DNA of 63,314 nucleotides, counting the filler. It is 4 parts of 4 records of this genome, joined end to end, with 100 filler letters (N's around TTAATTAATTAA, not from the genome) between each part and the next. Parts side by side here need not be neighbours in the genome. Positions count along the whole stretch, not along the records: positions 36,949 to 57,241 come from SRR33789315_53; 3 more parts are not named here. One strand, written 5' to 3'. The notes beneath the pieces were generated by a model. That model ran no database searches. It had not been told where the DNA came from and was given only the letters and a program-made list of their open reading frames with translations. A program made the position numbers and the translations under genes. Below are positions 37,540 to 49,091 of the stretch, piece after piece (position 1 is the first letter of the stretch; each line of letters opens with the position of its first letter).

Positions 37540-37938
37540 ATGACACCAAATCAACCCTATTTATTACGCGCTTTTTATGAGTGGATTGTTGACAATGACC
37601 TCACTCCATATTTAGTGGTTAATGCTAATTACCCTGGAACGCAAGTTCCCCAGGAGCATGTGCAAGCAGGCCAGATTGTATTAAACGTCTCACCTTCTTC
37701 TACCGGTAATTTGCTGATGGGTAATGTTGATGTGACTTTCGACGCGCGTTTTGGCGGAGTTGCCCGTAATTTAGTGGTGCCTTGCAAAGCGGTTTTAGCG
37801 ATTTATGCCAAAGAAAATGGCGCCGGAACAGTATTCACCCCTGAAGATGAAATAGATGCGGATGAGACTGTTATGGATGTTCCTGAAGCGCAGGTACCGG
37901 CTAAAAAAGGCAAACCAACGTTGACGGTTGTAAAGTAG
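37540..37938 (+). CDS. sspB: ClpXP adaptor SspB
   Basis: PYLLRAFYEWIVDN, ARFGG, AIYAKENG and C-terminal LTVVK. Confidence 0.95.
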   Translation: MTPNQPYLLRAFYEWIVDNDLTPYLVVNANYPGTQVPQEHVQAGQIVLNVSPSSTGNLLMGNVDVTFDARFGGVARNLVVPCKAVLAIYAKENGAGTVFTPEDEIDADETVMDVPEAQVPAKKGKPTLTVVK

Positions 37939-37967
37939 TTTAAAACAGCATCGCTTAAACCAATTTT

Positions 37968-37992
37968 AAAGGGCAACGTTGTTGCCCTTTTT
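37968..37992. terminator. Bidirectional terminator
   Basis: AAAGGGCAAC-gtt-GTTGCCCTTTTT. Confidence 0.8.
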
Positions 37993-38054
37993 GCTTTTAA
38001 CCCAGCGGTAGTTTAGCTTATCTCTGGTAGATTGAATGGGTATATTAATTACGT

Positions 38055-38633
38055 TTACTGGTATTCAAACGCTTTCACAACTTGTTTTACGCCAGTTATA
38101 TTGCGGGTGATGTCTGATGCAATGTTAGCCTCAGCATGGGTCACCAAGCCCATCAAAAAAACTTCTGAATTTTCTACTTCTATTTCAATATTTAATCCGT
38201 CTATTCGTTTGTCTGCAATAAGCTGGGTTTTGACTTTAGACGCTAACCATAAATCATTGGCTGCGGTGCTTGTTGAAATGGGGGAGCCTAAACGAATTTG
38301 ATTATGGATTTTTTTAATATTGCTGACTGAGCTTGCCGTCGTTTGCGCGAGTTGGATCAACTCATTGGTTGGGGCTTGTCCAACCAACAACGCAGTACCA
38401 TTAAAAACCTGTACCGTTATATTAGTTTGGTTCTTTAATTCCTCAACGCCAGTTAAAGCCACCGACAGTCGGCTGGCTGCGGTTTTATCATCCACTTGTG
38501 CTCCTAGAGAACGTCTATCATGAGCTGCAGAGGCTGCACCCACTCCAGCCCCAATAACTAATGCAGCACAGCCCTGTAGGGTAAGTGTGGCTGAAATTAG
38601 TGCAATTAGTAATGTATTTTTATGCTTTAACAC
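38055..38633 (-). CDS. dolP: Dual BON-domain lipoprotein DolP/YraP
   Basis: Lipobox LQGC, DRRSLGAQVDD, and position in the yra operon. Confidence 0.88.
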   Translation of the reverse strand: MLKHKNTLLIALISATLTLQGCAALVIGAGVGAASAAHDRRSLGAQVDDKTAASRLSVALTGVEELKNQTNITVQVFNGTALLVGQAPTNELIQLAQTTASSVSNIKKIHNQIRLGSPISTSTAANDLWLASKVKTQLIADKRIDGLNIEIEVENSEVFLMGLVTHAEANIASDITRNITGVKQVVKAFEYQ

Positions 38634-38634
38634 C

Positions 38635-39267
<633 letters not shown>

Positions 39268-39642
39268 CTAAATGTTTTGTAACCAATTATATTCAGCTTG
39301 ACCCTTAGGATTTAATTCAATGCCAACGAGATCAATTCGATAAGAAATAACACTCGGATTGAGTTGCTTTTGATGTAAATAATGAGCAATCGCTGACTCA
39401 AATTTACGTCGCTTACTGGCATGAAAATACTCTATTGCATTGCCGTACTGTGTTTTACTTCTGAATTTTACTTCAATAAAAACCAGCGTTTCGTTACTTT
39501 GCATGATTAAGTCAATTTCGCCACTACGGCAACGATAGTTATTTTGTAAAAATACGAGTCCTTGCCGCTCAAGGTAGTTTTGCGCTAATTTTTCCGCATG
39601 ACTGCCAACTAGCGGAGATAAAGCCTGCTTAATCCACTGCAA
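39268..39642 (-). CDS. yraN: YraN family nuclease-like protein
   Basis: GEIDLIM...LVFIEVKFR. Confidence 0.9.
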   Translation of the reverse strand: MQWIKQALSPLVGSHAEKLAQNYLERQGLVFLQNNYRCRSGEIDLIMQSNETLVFIEVKFRSKTQYGNAIEYFHASKRRKFESAIAHYLHQKQLNPSVISYRIDLVGIELNPKGQAEYNWLQNI

Positions 39643-41572
39643 GTAAGGACACTCTATCTTGGATAACCTTGGCTAACGGTAGTTGGCGGTGAAGTACGCC
39701 TTTGTCATCAATATTCAATTTGCCCGTTAAACCCGATTTTGTAACTTGTGGTAGCTGTTTTAAGTAGCGTAAATCTTTAATTAATTCATAGGCATCAAAG
39801 CCCATGGCAAATAGACGTAACAGCGCATCTTGTCTTTGCGGCCATAATTCGTTTATCTCATTGGATAACTCGGGCCAGCTGTGATTGGGTAACATCCATG
39901 GCATATCGCTGAATGTTAGGTTACGCAAGTCACGCAAACTATTCTTACTTAGCTCTAAACTATAACTTCTGGATGAGGCAAATACGGCTAATGAATGACC
40001 TGCAGATGGGGTCAAGCTTGCTTCTATAATTGGATTTAACAACTCTGTTTGCTCTGGGCTAGCAAATAAGATAATAACATCAACATCTTGCCTGTTACGT
40101 TCTTCTCCAAAAACTTCTACGTTTGCCACATTCTCCATTTGTCTTATGCGATTTTTACTTTGTGCCACATCCAGTAATCCTTCAACTTGTTCACGCATAT
40201 CTTTACTATCTGAAAATATCGCGACACTGGGCTGTTTCATGGGAATGTCGCCGGCTAACCATGTTTCAACAAATGCATCGGTCATTCTGCTCGTTACACT
40301 ATTATCTGCCGTAAATATAATAGGGTGTTTAAACCCTTTTCTTTTAATATATTGGGCCAATTGTTGAGCTTCATCTTCCGGGGCAAGGGCAAAGAAATAA
40401 TGTTCTTTTGTAGGTTGTGGGGCGCCACTCGTTAAATTAATGGCACGATTTAACACACTGGTATTTTCATTTCGATTCAAAGCCAGCATAATTTTGTCGC
40501 TAGGTAAAACATCAACCAAGCCGCTAATGTTCTCTTTAAGTAATGGGCCAATGATAAAATCAAAATCTGCCACTAGTGCATTCAGCTCTTCAGGACTTTT
40601 TAAATTTGAATCAAAAAAGCGTAGTTGTTGAAATTCTTGGCCACTAATACCTTGTAGCTCACTTAATTGAGGGGCCGAGTTTAGTGTCTCGGGAGGCAAA
40701 TTGGCCGTCGATAAATTTTGCAGATAGGCTGCCAGAATACCTTCTTTTAGAACAAGGCCTTGACTCGCTAATCGTCCTGTCAAGGGCAGAAGTACAGCAA
40801 TCTTGCGCGCTTGAATCGTTTTTATCTGCAGACTAGCGTCTACTTCTGATGGTAATGATTTTGCTAAGGGATGCTCACTATTGCGCTGTTGCCACAAGGA
40901 AACTTGCTCTGCAAATTCCACGGGATCTAAACCATAGCTGCGCAAAATAATACTAAGTTGTAACCAAGGTTGTAGTTTGTTTGGTTTGCTCTGGGCCTTT
41001 TTTAATTCGGTGGTGTCGAGATGTTGTAGCCACTGCCAAATTTGCTGGCTTTTTTCGTCTTCAGGCATAGAGGTTTTTAATAGATACTCACTTGCCAAAA
41101 CCCACTGTCGTTGCTGACTTAATATGGTTGCCTGTAGCCGATAATAACGTTGTTCGTAACCCGCTATAGGAACTAGTTTACTCAACATGGCGTGAGCTTG
41201 GGCATTGGCTGCAACCGATGCGAGAGACAGTAAAGATTCAGTTATAAGTAAATTTGCAATATTGCTTTGACGTTCCTCAGACAACTCAGGTCTCAATACT
41301 TGCAGTAATTTAATGCTTTTTTCAAACTGATTTTCTTGATATAGCGCATCTGCTGCTTTTAATAGCAACTCGTTGCGTTGTTCAACCGAGCCTGTTTGAG
41401 CAAAGATTTCTTCGGCTTTTTTTAGATAATTTTCATTATGTTCAATAGGCTCCGATGAAGGTTGGCTAACATGGCTACTTTTACTGGGCAGTTCAACTCG
41501 TTTAGGGGAAGTGCTACAAGAGATAACCAGAGTCACCATTAATATTAATGTTAAAAATCTAAACATGCCCAT
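39629..41572 (-). CDS. lpoA: Penicillin-binding protein activator LpoA
   Basis: Lipoprotein with IAVLLPLTG, IIGPLLK, LAPEDEA, RLFAMGFDAY and GLTGKL. Confidence 0.9.
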   Translation of the reverse strand: MGMFRFLTLILMVTLVISCSTSPKRVELPSKSSHVSQPSSEPIEHNENYLKKAEEIFAQTGSVEQRNELLLKAADALYQENQFEKSIKLLQVLRPELSEERQSNIANLLITESLLSLASVAANAQAHAMLSKLVPIAGYEQRYYRLQATILSQQRQWVLASEYLLKTSMPEDEKSQQIWQWLQHLDTTELKKAQSKPNKLQPWLQLSIILRSYGLDPVEFAEQVSLWQQRNSEHPLAKSLPSEVDASLQIKTIQARKIAVLLPLTGRLASQGLVLKEGILAAYLQNLSTANLPPETLNSAPQLSELQGISGQEFQQLRFFDSNLKSPEELNALVADFDFIIGPLLKENISGLVDVLPSDKIMLALNRNENTSVLNRAINLTSGAPQPTKEHYFFALAPEDEAQQLAQYIKRKGFKHPIIFTADNSVTSRMTDAFVETWLAGDIPMKQPSVAIFSDSKDMREQVEGLLDVAQSKNRIRQMENVANVEVFGEERNRQDVDVIILFASPEQTELLNPIIEASLTPSAGHSLAVFASSRSYSLELSKNSLRDLRNLTFSDMPWMLPNHSWPELSNEINELWPQRQDALLRLFAMGFDAYELIKDLRYLKQLPQVTKSGLTGKLNIDDKGVLHRQLPLAKVIQDRVSLLAVD

Positions 41573-41685
41573 TGCACAAACTCAGTAAAAAAAGTGATGA
41601 ATAGTTTATAGTAACGATAAGAAATATCTACCCGCATAGTTGATGTCTTGAGCTGGCGAAAATTGCCTATTTGGCTTGATTTGGA

Positions 41686-42534
41686 GTGTTATTAGTGATT
41701 GAAGTAGGAAAGTTGTTCATAGTGCCAACACCGATTGGTAATTTAAGTGATATAAGTCACCGTGCATTAAAGGTATTAGCAGAAGTTGATTTAATTGCGG
41801 CAGAAGACACTCGGCACAGTTTAAAATTACTGCAACACTACGATATTCAAACTAAACTTATTTCATTGCACGATCACAACGAAACGCAACGCGCCACTCA
41901 ACTGATCGCCAAATTGCAACAAGGTCAAAACGTCGCGTTAATTTCTGATGCAGGAACTCCCCTTATTAGTGACCCCGGTTATAGTTTAGTTAATCAATGC
42001 AGGGCTGCAGGATTAATCGTTATTCCATTACCCGGTCCCTGCGCGGCGATTACTGCCTTAAGTGCTGCAGGGTTGCCAACGGATCGTTTTTGCTTTGAAG
42101 GTTTTTTGCCGGTTAAAATGCAAGCTAAACATCAGGCTCTTGCCGCCTTGCTTCTTGAACCCGCCACAAGCGTTTTTTACGAATCACCAAGGCGTATTGC
42201 TCAAACCTTGGGCGATATTGTAGAGGTCTTAGGGACTGAAAGAGATGTGGTGCTGGCAAAAGAGCTGACTAAAACCTTTGAAACGTTTTATAGCGGGACT
42301 GCTGGAGAATGCTTAGAGTGGCTGCAAGCTGATGCAAATCACCAACGTGGTGAGTTTGTCTTAATGGTAGCAGGGATTAAATTGAGTCAAACCGAGGTTT
42401 CATCCGAAGCACTTAGTCTCTTAAAACTGCTGATGAAAGAACTACCCTTAAAAAAAGCCGCCGCAATAACCGCAGAGCATTTTACCTTAAAGAAGAATGT
42501 TTTGTATCAACTCGGCTTAGAACTAAATCAGTGA
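41686..42534 (+). CDS. rsmI: 16S rRNA C1402 2'-O-methyltransferase
   Basis: [25 protein letters not shown] and FYESP. Confidence 0.95.
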   Translation: MLLVIEVGKLFIVPTPIGNLSDISHRALKVLAEVDLIAAEDTRHSLKLLQHYDIQTKLISLHDHNETQRATQLIAKLQQGQNVALISDAGTPLISDPGYSLVNQCRAAGLIVIPLPGPCAAITALSAAGLPTDRFCFEGFLPVKMQAKHQALAALLLEPATSVFYESPRRIAQTLGDIVEVLGTERDVVLAKELTKTFETFYSGTAGECLEWLQADANHQRGEFVLMVAGIKLSQTEVSSEALSLLKLLMKELPLKKAAAITAEHFTLKKNVLYQLGLELNQ

Positions 42535-42753
42535 ATTTAAGGGCCGCTTTTTTTAATTCCCTTATTGTCTAAAGGTTGTTGAATATCTTGACGATAAATA
42601 ACTAGATTTAGTCATCATAGATACTAATTAGCCGAGATAAAGATGAAATTCACCCTAACTCAAAAATTAATGTATTTTTTCACTTTAAACTTGCTCTTTA
42701 TTTGTTAAAACTGAAATGTTTGCTAATTTGAAAGGGGTGATAAACAAAGTAGA

Positions 42754-42769
42754 CGGCACAAGTTTTGCT
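42754..42769 (+). promoter_or_regulatory. Sigma54-type promoter
   Basis: CGGCACAAGTTTTGCT. Confidence 0.6.
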
Positions 42770-42784
42770 TAGTCGTGATAGCAA

Positions 42785-43318
42785 ATGAATAAATATAGAG
42801 TGAATGCAGTGCCAATCATATTAGACGTAGAAGCCAGTGGTTTTGGAGCGCAAAGCTACCCGATTGAAGTTGGCGTTATTAAACAAAATGGAGATCGTTA
42901 TTGTAGTTTGATTAAACCCCATAAAAGTTGGAGTCACTGGGATAATGAAGCGCAGAGTTTACACGGCATTTCTCGGGAGTTATTGCAGAAAAAAGGACGA
43001 GATATTGGCGAGATCTGCACAGAACTCAACCAGTTTTTATTTAACCAAACTGCCTATTCAGACGGTTGGGTAGTTGATAATCCTTGGCTAATCAAACTAT
43101 TTTGTACTGCAAGGGTTAATATGGAATTCAACATCAGCCCTTTAGAAATGATACTGACCGAGGGCCAAATGGACTTGTGGCATTTAACCAAAGATAATTT
43201 AGAAACAAACTTAAAATTACCTAGGCATCGCGCCAGCAATGATGCCGCACTTATTCAATATACTTATAAAATTACTCAGGATTTATCTTCTACATTAGTT
43301 CATCAAAGTGTCACTTAA
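42785..43318 (+). CDS. DEDDh 3'-5' exonuclease-family protein
   Basis: LDVEASG, YPIEVG, HGI and HRASNDA. Confidence 0.85.
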   Translation: MNKYRVNAVPIILDVEASGFGAQSYPIEVGVIKQNGDRYCSLIKPHKSWSHWDNEAQSLHGISRELLQKKGRDIGEICTELNQFLFNQTAYSDGWVVDNPWLIKLFCTARVNMEFNISPLEMILTEGQMDLWHLTKDNLETNLKLPRHRASNDAALIQYTYKITQDLSSTLVHQSVT

Positions 43319-43498
43319 TCAGTCTTAGCGACATTTCAATTTTTTGTATGTCTATACCTCAATCATTCTGCCATGCGCGTTTAGAACTAACTTGGTTATA
43401 GAGTGCAAATTAACTATCTATTTTTCAAATTGCTGTTATAAAACTGCTCCCAATAGCCACCTATTTTTTATTCATTCCTTCAGCCCTTTTTTCGTCAT

Positions 43499-44170
43499 TT
43501 GAGTGTCTTAATTATGCATGCGTTTCCCAATGCTGACCTGTTATCAGAAAGCCTAATAGATTTGGTTGCTGGTACATTAACCAACCAAGGATTTATTGTT
43601 GTAAATGAATTTCTACCGGTAGCTATTGCTGAAGGCTTGTTAATAGAGGTTCAACAGTTGCCTGAGTATGTATTTAAACCTGCAGCTATTGGTCGTGAGG
43701 ATAGCCAGCAGTTAAATGCTAAGGTTCGCAGCAATACACTTTATTGGTTAAATGGCTCCTCTTTGGTGCAACAGCAATATCTTGCAGCAATGGAGCAGTT
43801 AAGAGTCGGCCTAAATCGACGACTTTTCATGGGATTATTTGATTTTGAAAGCCACTATTCACACTATGCACCGGGAGATTTTTATAAGCGCCACGTAGAT
43901 GCTTTTAAAGGTTCGAGTAACAGAGTGCTAAGCACAGTAATGTATTTGAATACTGCTTGGAATGCCGCTGATGAGGGAGAATTAATCCTCTATAAAGATG
44001 AATCCACAATAGTGTTAGAAACGGTGATACCAAAGCTAAATAATTGTGTCATATTTTTAAGTGACCGGTTTCCTCACGAAGTTAAGGTGACACAGAAAGA
44101 CCGTTTCTGTATTGCTGGTTGGTATAGAGTGAATAACAGTCTGGATGGGCAGCTAGATCCACCGCGCTAA
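43499..44170 (+). CDS. 2OG-Fe(II) prolyl-hydroxylase-like oxygenase
   Basis: HVD...NR.LS...YLN, HEV and RFCIAGW. Confidence 0.88.
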   Translation: MSVLIMHAFPNADLLSESLIDLVAGTLTNQGFIVVNEFLPVAIAEGLLIEVQQLPEYVFKPAAIGREDSQQLNAKVRSNTLYWLNGSSLVQQQYLAAMEQLRVGLNRRLFMGLFDFESHYSHYAPGDFYKRHVDAFKGSSNRVLSTVMYLNTAWNAADEGELILYKDESTIVLETVIPKLNNCVIFLSDRFPHEVKVTQKDRFCIAGWYRVNNSLDGQLDPPR

Positions 44171-44339
44171 AAACAGTATTTTGCACTTTTTGTTTGCGTA
44201 GTAAAACAGGATGCAATCTCTTTTCTTGGCAAACGTAACTTAATAGACTTCTATGACCTATTAATTATGACTAACAAAGACTTCGATTTATTTGAGTGCT
44301 AAAGTCTTGTTCTTCGACAACATACATGACGGATAATTC

Positions 44340-45947
44340 GTGAACTTAAGAAGCAGTAATATTAAAAAACTGCCTGACAGTGTCTTTGATGTCTTAATAG
44401 TAGGCGGTGGCATAAATGGCGCGGTATCGGCTGCCGCACTAGCGGCCAAAGGCGCAAAGGTGGCTCTCATCGACAAGGGAGATTTTGCCGGTTTCACCAG
44501 TTCAAATTCGTCTAATTTAGCGTGGGGCGGAATCAAATACCTTGAAAGTTATGAGTTTTCCCTAGTCAGTAAACTGTGTAAAAGTCGCAATCATTTGATG
44601 CGTAGTTATCCTTCAACAGTAAAAGAAATTAGGTTCTTTACCAGCATTCAGCAGGGCTTTCGCCTGCATCCCATGTTTATCTATGCGGGTACCTTGTTGT
44701 ATTGGATGATGGGGCGTTTATTTACGCAAATGCCTGCTTATCTGTCTGCTACAAAGATTAAAAAATTAGAAAAATCCATCAACACGACAAATGTTAGTGG
44801 GGGTTTTGAGTACTCAGATGCTTATCTTTATGATAACGATGCGCGCTTTGTCTTTAATTTTATTCGTTCAAGCATGAGCTATGGCTGTATTGCCGCGAAT
44901 TATATTGAAGCTACGAGTACTAAACGCGTGGGCGACATTTGGCATACGGAGGCCAGAAATACCATCGATGGGGCGATATTTACCATTCGTTCTAAAGTGT
45001 TTATTAATGCTGCGGGACCTTTTGTTGATGAGCTTAATCACACAAACCTGCAAAAAACTGAGCATCATCATGTGTTTTCGAAAGGAGTCCATTTGATTGT
45101 TAATAAACTGACATCGAGCAACAAAGTGCTGACTTTTTTTGCCAATGACGGTCGGTTGTTTTTTGTTATTCCAATGGGACCCGTTACTTGCATAGGCACT
45201 ACTGATACCCAAGTAGACAGTCCAATATCATCGGTTACTGACAATGACAGACAATTTATACTCGATAACGTGAATCAATTGCTGGTGTTAGATAAGCCGT
45301 TAACGACACAAGATATTATTGCGGAACGGTGCGGGGTGAGACCTTTAGCCATTAAAGACGCTGGCAAAAATGCAGATTGGGTACAGTTATCACGTAAACA
45401 TGCCATCGATATTAATCAATCACAGCACTATGTTTCAATTTTTGGTGGTAAGTTAACGGATTGCATTAACGTTGGTGAAGAGGTGGTTGGCCTAGTTGAA
45501 ACATTAGGTATTTCACTACCTCATCGCGATTTTGTTTGGTATGGCGAGCCCGACGAAAGTGTTAAAAATGAATTTATGCATCGCGCTAAATTGATGAATT
45601 TTGATGGCATGACGCCTAAGAGCTCATCTGAACCCTTAACGAAACGCTTTTGGCGTCGTTATGGTCGCAATGCGATTAATATGTTAGAAACTATTCGCGA
45701 AAATCCTAAGATGGCCGAGCTTTTAATTGAAAACTCAGAATACCTGAGAGTTGAAATTCAGCATGCCGCCGAACGAGAGATGGTGACCAAATTAGAAGAC
45801 TTTTTACGTCGGCGTTCGAAAATTTCTTTGGTTTTACCTAGATCGGCCATTATGGCTTCGCCGGGATTAAAGGAAGCTTGCCAAATACTATTTGGTGAAC
45901 AAGCGCAAGAGAAGTTACAGGAATATATCGATAGTAGTGATCGTTGA
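44340..45947 (+). CDS. FAD-dependent glycerol-3-phosphate dehydrogenase/oxidase family protein
   Basis: IVGGGING, TSSNSS, NAAGPF, IGTTD and GGKLT. Confidence 0.85.
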   Translation: MNLRSSNIKKLPDSVFDVLIVGGGINGAVSAAALAAKGAKVALIDKGDFAGFTSSNSSNLAWGGIKYLESYEFSLVSKLCKSRNHLMRSYPSTVKEIRFFTSIQQGFRLHPMFIYAGTLLYWMMGRLFTQMPAYLSATKIKKLEKSINTTNVSGGFEYSDAYLYDNDARFVFNFIRSSMSYGCIAANYIEATSTKRVGDIWHTEARNTIDGAIFTIRSKVFINAAGPFVDELNHTNLQKTEHHHVFSKGVHLIVNKLTSSNKVLTFFANDGRLFFVIPMGPVTCIGTTDTQVDSPISSVTDNDRQFILDNVNQLLVLDKPLTTQDIIAERCGVRPLAIKDAGKNADWVQLSRKHAIDINQSQHYVSIFGGKLTDCINVGEEVVGLVETLGISLPHRDFVWYGEPDESVKNEFMHRAKLMNFDGMTPKSSSEPLTKRFWRRYGRNAINMLETIRENPKMAELLIENSEYLRVEIQHAAEREMVTKLEDFLRRRSKISLVLPRSAIMASPGLKEACQILFGEQAQEKLQEYIDSSDR

Positions 45948-45996
45948 AATTTACCTGCAAGGTATTGTTGTCAGCGTTAATACTGCTTGTTTGGTG

Positions 45997-46524
45997 TTAC
46001 AAACTATCTGCCAACGATTCGGCTGAGTCCTGCATTAATTGTTTAGCACGCGTTATTTGTTGATCATCCTTAGTTTGTACGACTACTGTCCATTTATTAT
46101 GGCTTGTAGCCTGTCTAGTTTGATTAATCAAAGCATCATGATCGGGACGCAAGGTTACTAGACCGGCAATTAACAAACCAACAAAAGTGCCTGCAGGGGC
46201 TAAGGCAATGAATACCATCTGTGGGTTTGATGTCGTCAAAGTAGGTCCGTATATAGTTAGTAGTGCAGCTATCACTAGCCCTACTACCAATCCATAGCTT
46301 CCAAAAATAAGGTGTGATTTTAGTAAGGTTTGACCAATCCCTCTGCTATCAGGCTCAAGCTTTTGTCCGAATTTAGGATCGTTGGGCGGGATCAAACTGA
46401 CTTCCTCTGACGAAAATCCACCTTTATCCTTTAAATCCTGTATCGCCTGCTGAGCGCTGACTTCTTGCTCGTAGACTCCTGCCACTTTGCCCGAATGTCG
46501 TTCGTCAATCACATGAAATTTCAT
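45997..46524 (-). CDS. Conserved hypothetical membrane protein (2 TM)
   Basis: 175 aa with two hydrophobic segments; GGAG RBS. Confidence 0.75.
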   Translation of the reverse strand: MKFHVIDERHSGKVAGVYEQEVSAQQAIQDLKDKGGFSSEEVSLIPPNDPKFGQKLEPDSRGIGQTLLKSHLIFGSYGLVVGLVIAALLTIYGPTLTTSNPQMVFIALAPAGTFVGLLIAGLVTLRPDHDALINQTRQATSHNKWTVVVQTKDDQQITRAKQLMQDSAESLADSL

Positions 46525-46609
46525 TACTCCGCTCCTCTAATAAGCTGAACTGTTGGCGTTTTATTGTCGTTATAAGTATTTTTACAGCGCGTTCTTTAGC
46601 CTATGAAGT

Positions 46610-46625
46610 TGCAAGGCAGGTGCCA
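46610..46625 (-). promoter_or_regulatory. Sigma54-type promoter (consensus match)
   Basis: The minus strand reads TGGCACCTGCCTTGCA. Confidence 0.7.
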
Positions 46626-47140
46626 AGGTGCTTAGCTTGATAAAATTCTGAATATGTGTACTCGTCCTTCACCCATTTACCCTCGATGTTTTTGTGATAG
46701 GTTTGTTTGACAGCAGACTATGCCACTTTATGAGCAACGTCCTCGCGGCTATTGTCAACCCTGTGCTTTTGCGGCTTGGCATATTGCTGCCAAGCGCTAT
46801 TGAAAGCTTCTTAATAAATTTCTTGGGCTCGTTTAGGCAGTACATTGCTTAACGCTTCAGGTAATTCATTGCGTTGTGTATAAGGCCTTTTTAATCCTGT
46901 GTTTTTACTGAGCATTGTAGAAACAGCAAACCTTATTCCAAAGCCTACTGCAACGTGTAAACAACACAAACCCTTGTATTAAAATGTGAAATCTTTGCAA
47001 GGTGAGTAAAAATTACACAGTACTGTACTGAGGAACAATAGGATAAAAAGCTAAAGTTGCAAGAATAGTTTGAGGGTTTACACTAGCCGTAAATTTTTTG
47101 TTAGCCCAGCGTTGTGCGGGGTTTTTGAACCAAAGGAAAA

Positions 47141-48757
47141 ATGATTATTATGCCTCATACTTTTTCGTCTTTACGGGCGGTGCTTTGTTATGCACTTTGT
47201 TTTTTACATCAGGGTTTAAGCTCAGCGGCACAGTTACCAGACGTTGATTTGAAAAATGTTGCTCAACATATAAAGATCCTAGCGTCGGACAAATTTGCTG
47301 GACGGGGGCCGCTAACGGCTGGAGAAAAGTTAACCATTGATTATTTGCGTGATGAATATCAGCACTTAGGTTTACAACCCGGTAATGGTGATAGTTATTT
47401 TCAGGCAGTGCCAATGGCTAAAATTACCCCAGATCAGTCAATGCTTCTCAATATTGGACAATACTATTTTAAAGCGGGGGAAGACTTTACCGCGCGCACC
47501 GAGCAAATTAGTGAATTGATTAATATTGATAATTCACCCTTGGTATTTGTGGGGTATGGTATTAATGCGCCCGAATATGACTGGAATGATTATCAAGGAG
47601 TTGATGTAAAGGGTAAAACCGTTATTGTTTTGGTTAATGATCCTGGTTTTGCAACCCAAGATCCCAGTTTGTTTACTGGGAATGCCATGACCTATTATGG
47701 TCGCTGGACCTATAAGTATGAAGAAGCGGCTCGTCAGGGAGCCAAGGCAGTGTTGATTGTGCATGAGACTGCACCCGCTGCTTATCCTTGGAGTGTGGTT
47801 GAAAGTTCAAATACAGGTAGTAAATATACTTTGGTTGATAACCATAAAAATGCCAGCAAATTGCCTATTATGGGATGGCTGCAATTAGCAGTGACCGAAA
47901 AAATATTTAAGCAAGCAGGTTTTGATTATCAGCAACTTAAACAGCAGGCCCTAAGTGATTCGTTCAAAGCTATTGAATTTAAGCAAAAGGCAAACTTAAG
48001 TTTGAAAAGTAAGATTGAATTTGCAGAAAGCCATAATGTTTTGGCAAAAATTAAAGGGGCTGAGTACCCTGATGAATACGTTATTGTTAGTGCACATTGG
48101 GATCATTTTGGAACTAAACAAACCGCAGAAGGCGAGATAATTTACAATGGTGCCGTTGATAATGCATCAGGCACAGCGGGGACGCTAGAATTAGCAAGAA
48201 TAATGATGCAGCAACATAGACAACAACCTTTTGAGCGTTCTATCTTGTTTGTTAATTTTACTGCTGAAGAAACAGGCATGATTGGGTCACAAATGTTTGC
48301 AGATGGCTCAGTTGTGCCCACCAAACAAATGGTTGCCTTGCTCAACATCGATGGTATGAATGTGATGGACGGCGTTGATTACGTTTTGCAATATGGTGAA
48401 AACTTGTCAGAAATGGAAGACTATTTATTAACTGCAACCGCCAAGCAAAAGCGCAAAGTAAAACTGGATCCTAGACCGCAGAATGGCTTGTTTTTTCGCT
48501 CTGATCACTTTTCTCTGGCCAAGCAAGGTGTGCCCAGCTTGCTGTTTATGAGTTTGGGAGACACTGATCCTGACTACATCGCTCATAAATATCACAAAGC
48601 CGCGGATGATTATTCTGCTGACTGGTCATTGGGTGGGGTTAAACAAGATCTTGAATTGATGAGAAACATTACGTTAGTGTTGGCAAATTCAAGAGACTGG
48701 CCGCGCTGGAAAGCAGAGTCTGATTTTAAGAAACGTCGATTAATTGATCTGCATTGA
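47141..48757 (+). CDS. M28 metallopeptidase with PA domain
   Basis: SAHWDH, GAVDNASG, TAEE, NIDG, RSDH and KYH. Confidence 0.92.
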   Translation: MIIMPHTFSSLRAVLCYALCFLHQGLSSAAQLPDVDLKNVAQHIKILASDKFAGRGPLTAGEKLTIDYLRDEYQHLGLQPGNGDSYFQAVPMAKITPDQSMLLNIGQYYFKAGEDFTARTEQISELINIDNSPLVFVGYGINAPEYDWNDYQGVDVKGKTVIVLVNDPGFATQDPSLFTGNAMTYYGRWTYKYEEAARQGAKAVLIVHETAPAAYPWSVVESSNTGSKYTLVDNHKNASKLPIMGWLQLAVTEKIFKQAGFDYQQLKQQALSDSFKAIEFKQKANLSLKSKIEFAESHNVLAKIKGAEYPDEYVIVSAHWDHFGTKQTAEGEIIYNGAVDNASGTAGTLELARIMMQQHRQQPFERSILFVNFTAEETGMIGSQMFADGSVVPTKQMVALLNIDGMNVMDGVDYVLQYGENLSEMEDYLLTATAKQKRKVKLDPRPQNGLFFRSDHFSLAKQGVPSLLFMSLGDTDPDYIAHKYHKAADDYSADWSLGGVKQDLELMRNITLVLANSRDWPRWKAESDFKKRRLIDLH

Positions 48758-49091
48758 TATTAACTTCAGTGCTTGGTGAATAGACTATGGCGTTTCATCA
48801 AATTTTTATAAGGTTGGGATCTGTTCGCCTTCACTGTTTGGATGAAATATGTAAATAAGCTGTAGCGATGGGGTGACAAAGACGGACAAATATAAGATAC
48901 TTTTGCCCGTTTTTACTCAATTTAGTCGCCTGCGGAGTCAATTATTGATGCTGCGAATGTGGCTCAGTGCGGAGAAATATTCTGCTATGACTCGTTCTGA
49001 TTTCGTTGGTTTTAGTACTTGAAATAAGTTTTTTCGTCAGCATTTCAATTAAGTCCAAGTTATTTTAAATAATTATAAAGAGAAGTATTCC